Shown piece after piece: positions 22,584 to 24,000 of a stretch of 24,000 nucleotides of DNA. A program made the translations under genes and the position numbers. Source of the stretch: Candidatus Hebobacteria bacterium (GTDB lineage Bacteria > Armatimonadota > Hebobacteria > Hebobacterales > Hebobacteraceae); assembly GCA_029821885.1 (NCBI GenBank), contig JALGXV010000056.1:1668-25667 (forward strand), read 5' to 3'. The notes below the pieces were generated by a model. That model saw nothing but the letters and a program-made list of their open reading frames with translations. It ran no database searches and was not told the DNA's origin. Position 1 is the first letter of the stretch, and every line of letters starts with the position of its first letter.

Positions 22584-23861
22584 ATGAATCCCCGGCCGGA
22601 AGCCTCGGGGCCGCATGCTCGAAAGACCGTTCTCGCGAACGGCGTGAGGGTGCTGACGGAACGGCTGGAGCATGTAGACTCCGCCTCGCTCGGCCTCTGG
22701 AGCGTATCCGGATCACGACTCGATCCACCGGGCCGCGAGGGCACTACCCACTTCCTGGAGCATATGCTGTTCAAGGGAACTGCCACCCGGTCGGCCCTCG
22801 AGATCGGCGAAGCGATTGACGACATCGGCGGCTATGTCAACGGCCTGACGGACCCCGAGCATATGCATCTCTTCGCGCGCACGAGGGGAGAGCACGCGGA
22901 AAGGGCGCTGGCTCTCCTCTTCGACCTGTTGCTTCACTCCCAGTGTGCGGCCGAGGAGGTCGCCCGAGAGCGAGGAGTGGTGCTCCAGGAGATCGCTCAC
23001 GTTCGCGACTCACCGGAGGACTGGCTGCACGAAATCGTGCCGGGAACGGCCTGGCCTGACCATGTATTGGGCCGATCGCTCATGGGGACGGAAGACAGCG
23101 TCCGCAGCATCAATCACCAGTTGCTTAAGAAGCATCTAGCCGAGCTTGTTCAGGTCGCCAGTCGACTGGTCGTGACCGGTGTTGGCCGCGTCGACCACGA
23201 GCGTATCGTGGCGCTCACCGAGAGGCATACCGGCCAGCTCAGTGAGAGTGCGGCGAGTCCGAGCAGAGAGGCCCCGGTCTTTCATCCGCAGCAGGCCATG
23301 GTGACGAGACCGGGTGAGCAAGTGCACTTCTGCCTGATCTACCCGGGGATAGCGAGGACGCACGAGGCACGGCACACATTCGCCGTTCTCGACACGCTGC
23401 TGGGGGGAGGGAATAGCTCCCGCCTCTTCCAGGAGATCCGCGAGAAGCGCGGCCTGGCCTACAGCATTGGCTCCTACCTGCAATTCTACGAGACGGCCGG
23501 GCTGTTTCTGATCGCGGCTGGCACATCGCCCGAGAGATTCCAGGCGGTGTTGGACCTCGTCGAGCAGGAGCTGGCGCGACTGCGAGCAGATGGCCCCACG
23601 GAGGAGGAGATCGCGCGGGCGAAGATTCAGCTCAAGGTGGGCATCGCGTTGGCGGCCGAGAGCACCGGGTACCGAATGCAGCATATCGCTCTCTCGGAGA
23701 TCTACTGGCAGCGCGTGCTGTCTCTCCAGGAGATCGTCGCAGGGGTGGACGGTGTCACCGCCGAAGACGTGCACCTGCTCGCTCGGGCTATGCTCGGCGA
23801 TGGCCGGCGGGCCCTGGCTGCAATTGGGCCGTTCGATAGCGAGGGAGGCGGACATGGCTGA
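22584..23861 (+). CDS. M16-family zinc peptidase (insulinase/pitrilysin-like; MlpA/YmxG-type)
   Basis: It has the inverted zinc motif HFLEH followed by MLFKGT, with the two-domain M16 layout over 425 aa. It occupies the conserved position downstream of pnp, as in Firmicutes. Confidence 0.88.
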   Translation: MNPRPEASGPHARKTVLANGVRVLTERLEHVDSASLGLWSVSGSRLDPPGREGTTHFLEHMLFKGTATRSALEIGEAIDDIGGYVNGLTDPEHMHLFARTRGEHAERALALLFDLLLHSQCAAEEVARERGVVLQEIAHVRDSPEDWLHEIVPGTAWPDHVLGRSLMGTEDSVRSINHQLLKKHLAELVQVASRLVVTGVGRVDHERIVALTERHTGQLSESAASPSREAPVFHPQQAMVTRPGEQVHFCLIYPGIARTHEARHTFAVLDTLLGGGNSSRLFQEIREKRGLAYSIGSYLQFYETAGLFLIAAGTSPERFQAVLDLVEQELARLRADGPTEEEIARAKIQLKVGIALAAESTGYRMQHIALSEIYWQRVLSLQEIVAGVDGVTAEDVHLLARAMLGDGRRALAAIGPFDSEGGGHG

Positions 23862-24000
23862 CATCGCGGTGCTCGTCGTTGGCGCCTGCGGCCGAATGGG
23901 AAGAGAAGTCGTGCGCGCCATCGCGCAGGCGGATGACATGAGGCTCGTGGGCGCGGTGGACAAGGCCAGGGTGGGGGAGGACGCCGGGCGAGTGGCCGGC
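23854..24000 (+). CDS. dapB: 4-hydroxy-tetrahydrodipicolinate reductase, 3'-truncated by the window edge
   Basis: MADIAVLVVGACGRMGREVVRAIAQADDMRLVGAVD is the N-terminal Rossmann GxxGxxG block typical of DapB. ATG 23854 overlaps the peptidase stop by 8 nt. Only 49 codons are visible. Confidence 0.75.
   Translation, partial: MADIAVLVVGACGRMGREVVRAIAQADDMRLVGAVDKARVGEDAGRVAG

Noticed and set aside
21617-22825. A 402-aa minus-strand ORF spanning the pnp 3' end and the M16 peptidase 5' end
   Set aside because: It crosses an intergenic region and two well-supported + strand genes, has no recognisable domain, and is a GC-driven open frame.
1-24000. A search for tRNA/rRNA genes, IS elements, integrases, terminal inverted repeats, phage or defence genes, and toxin-antitoxin pairs
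   Set aside because: None were found by eye. There are no T-arm GGTTCGA-type contexts outside coding frames, no transposase or recombinase-like translations in any frame, and no compositional island. The window looks like core chromosome.

Overview
This is a GC-rich bacterial chromosomal segment with third codon positions almost all G/C. Every gene I can support lies on the + strand, and many are joined by ATGA/TGATG stop-start overlaps. Reading left to right: a 5'-truncated mltG; a kinase-less membrane-anchored PASTA protein; an orphan hydantoinase/oxoprolinase A-type ATPase; a 103-aa unknown ORF with a strong SD that abuts proS; proS; an MgtC-family gene translationally coupled to a two-gene ABC exporter; and a three-gene ABC-2 system (ATPase plus two permeases) with its own near-consensus promoter and structured leader. 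Then comes a Firmicutes/Clostridia-style translation/RNA-metabolism cluster: nusA-ylxR-infB-DUF503-rbfA-nrnA(DHH)-truB-ribF-rpsO-pnp-M16 peptidase-dapB (3'-truncated). I found no tRNA, rRNA, CRISPR array, transposase, integrase or recognisable defence or toxin-antitoxin genes, and I see no convincing novel multi-gene system here; the window is mostly housekeeping. The most unusual directly visible feature is the NusA C-terminus. A 24-nt (8-aa, (A/V)EDAEPAV) tandem repeat is interrupted by an 8-nt quasi-duplication that shifts the frame and creates the nusA stop, while the repeat continues out of frame to an ATGA overlap with ylxR. Secondary points are the mltG-PASTA pairing, the MgtC-ABC coupling, the HyuA-like gene with no HyuB, structured leaders before the ABC-2 operon, nusA, rpsO and pnp, an Arg-rich PNPase tail, and the absence of rimP and ylxQ. 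All functional calls come from my own recognition of motifs in the supplied translations; no database search was run.
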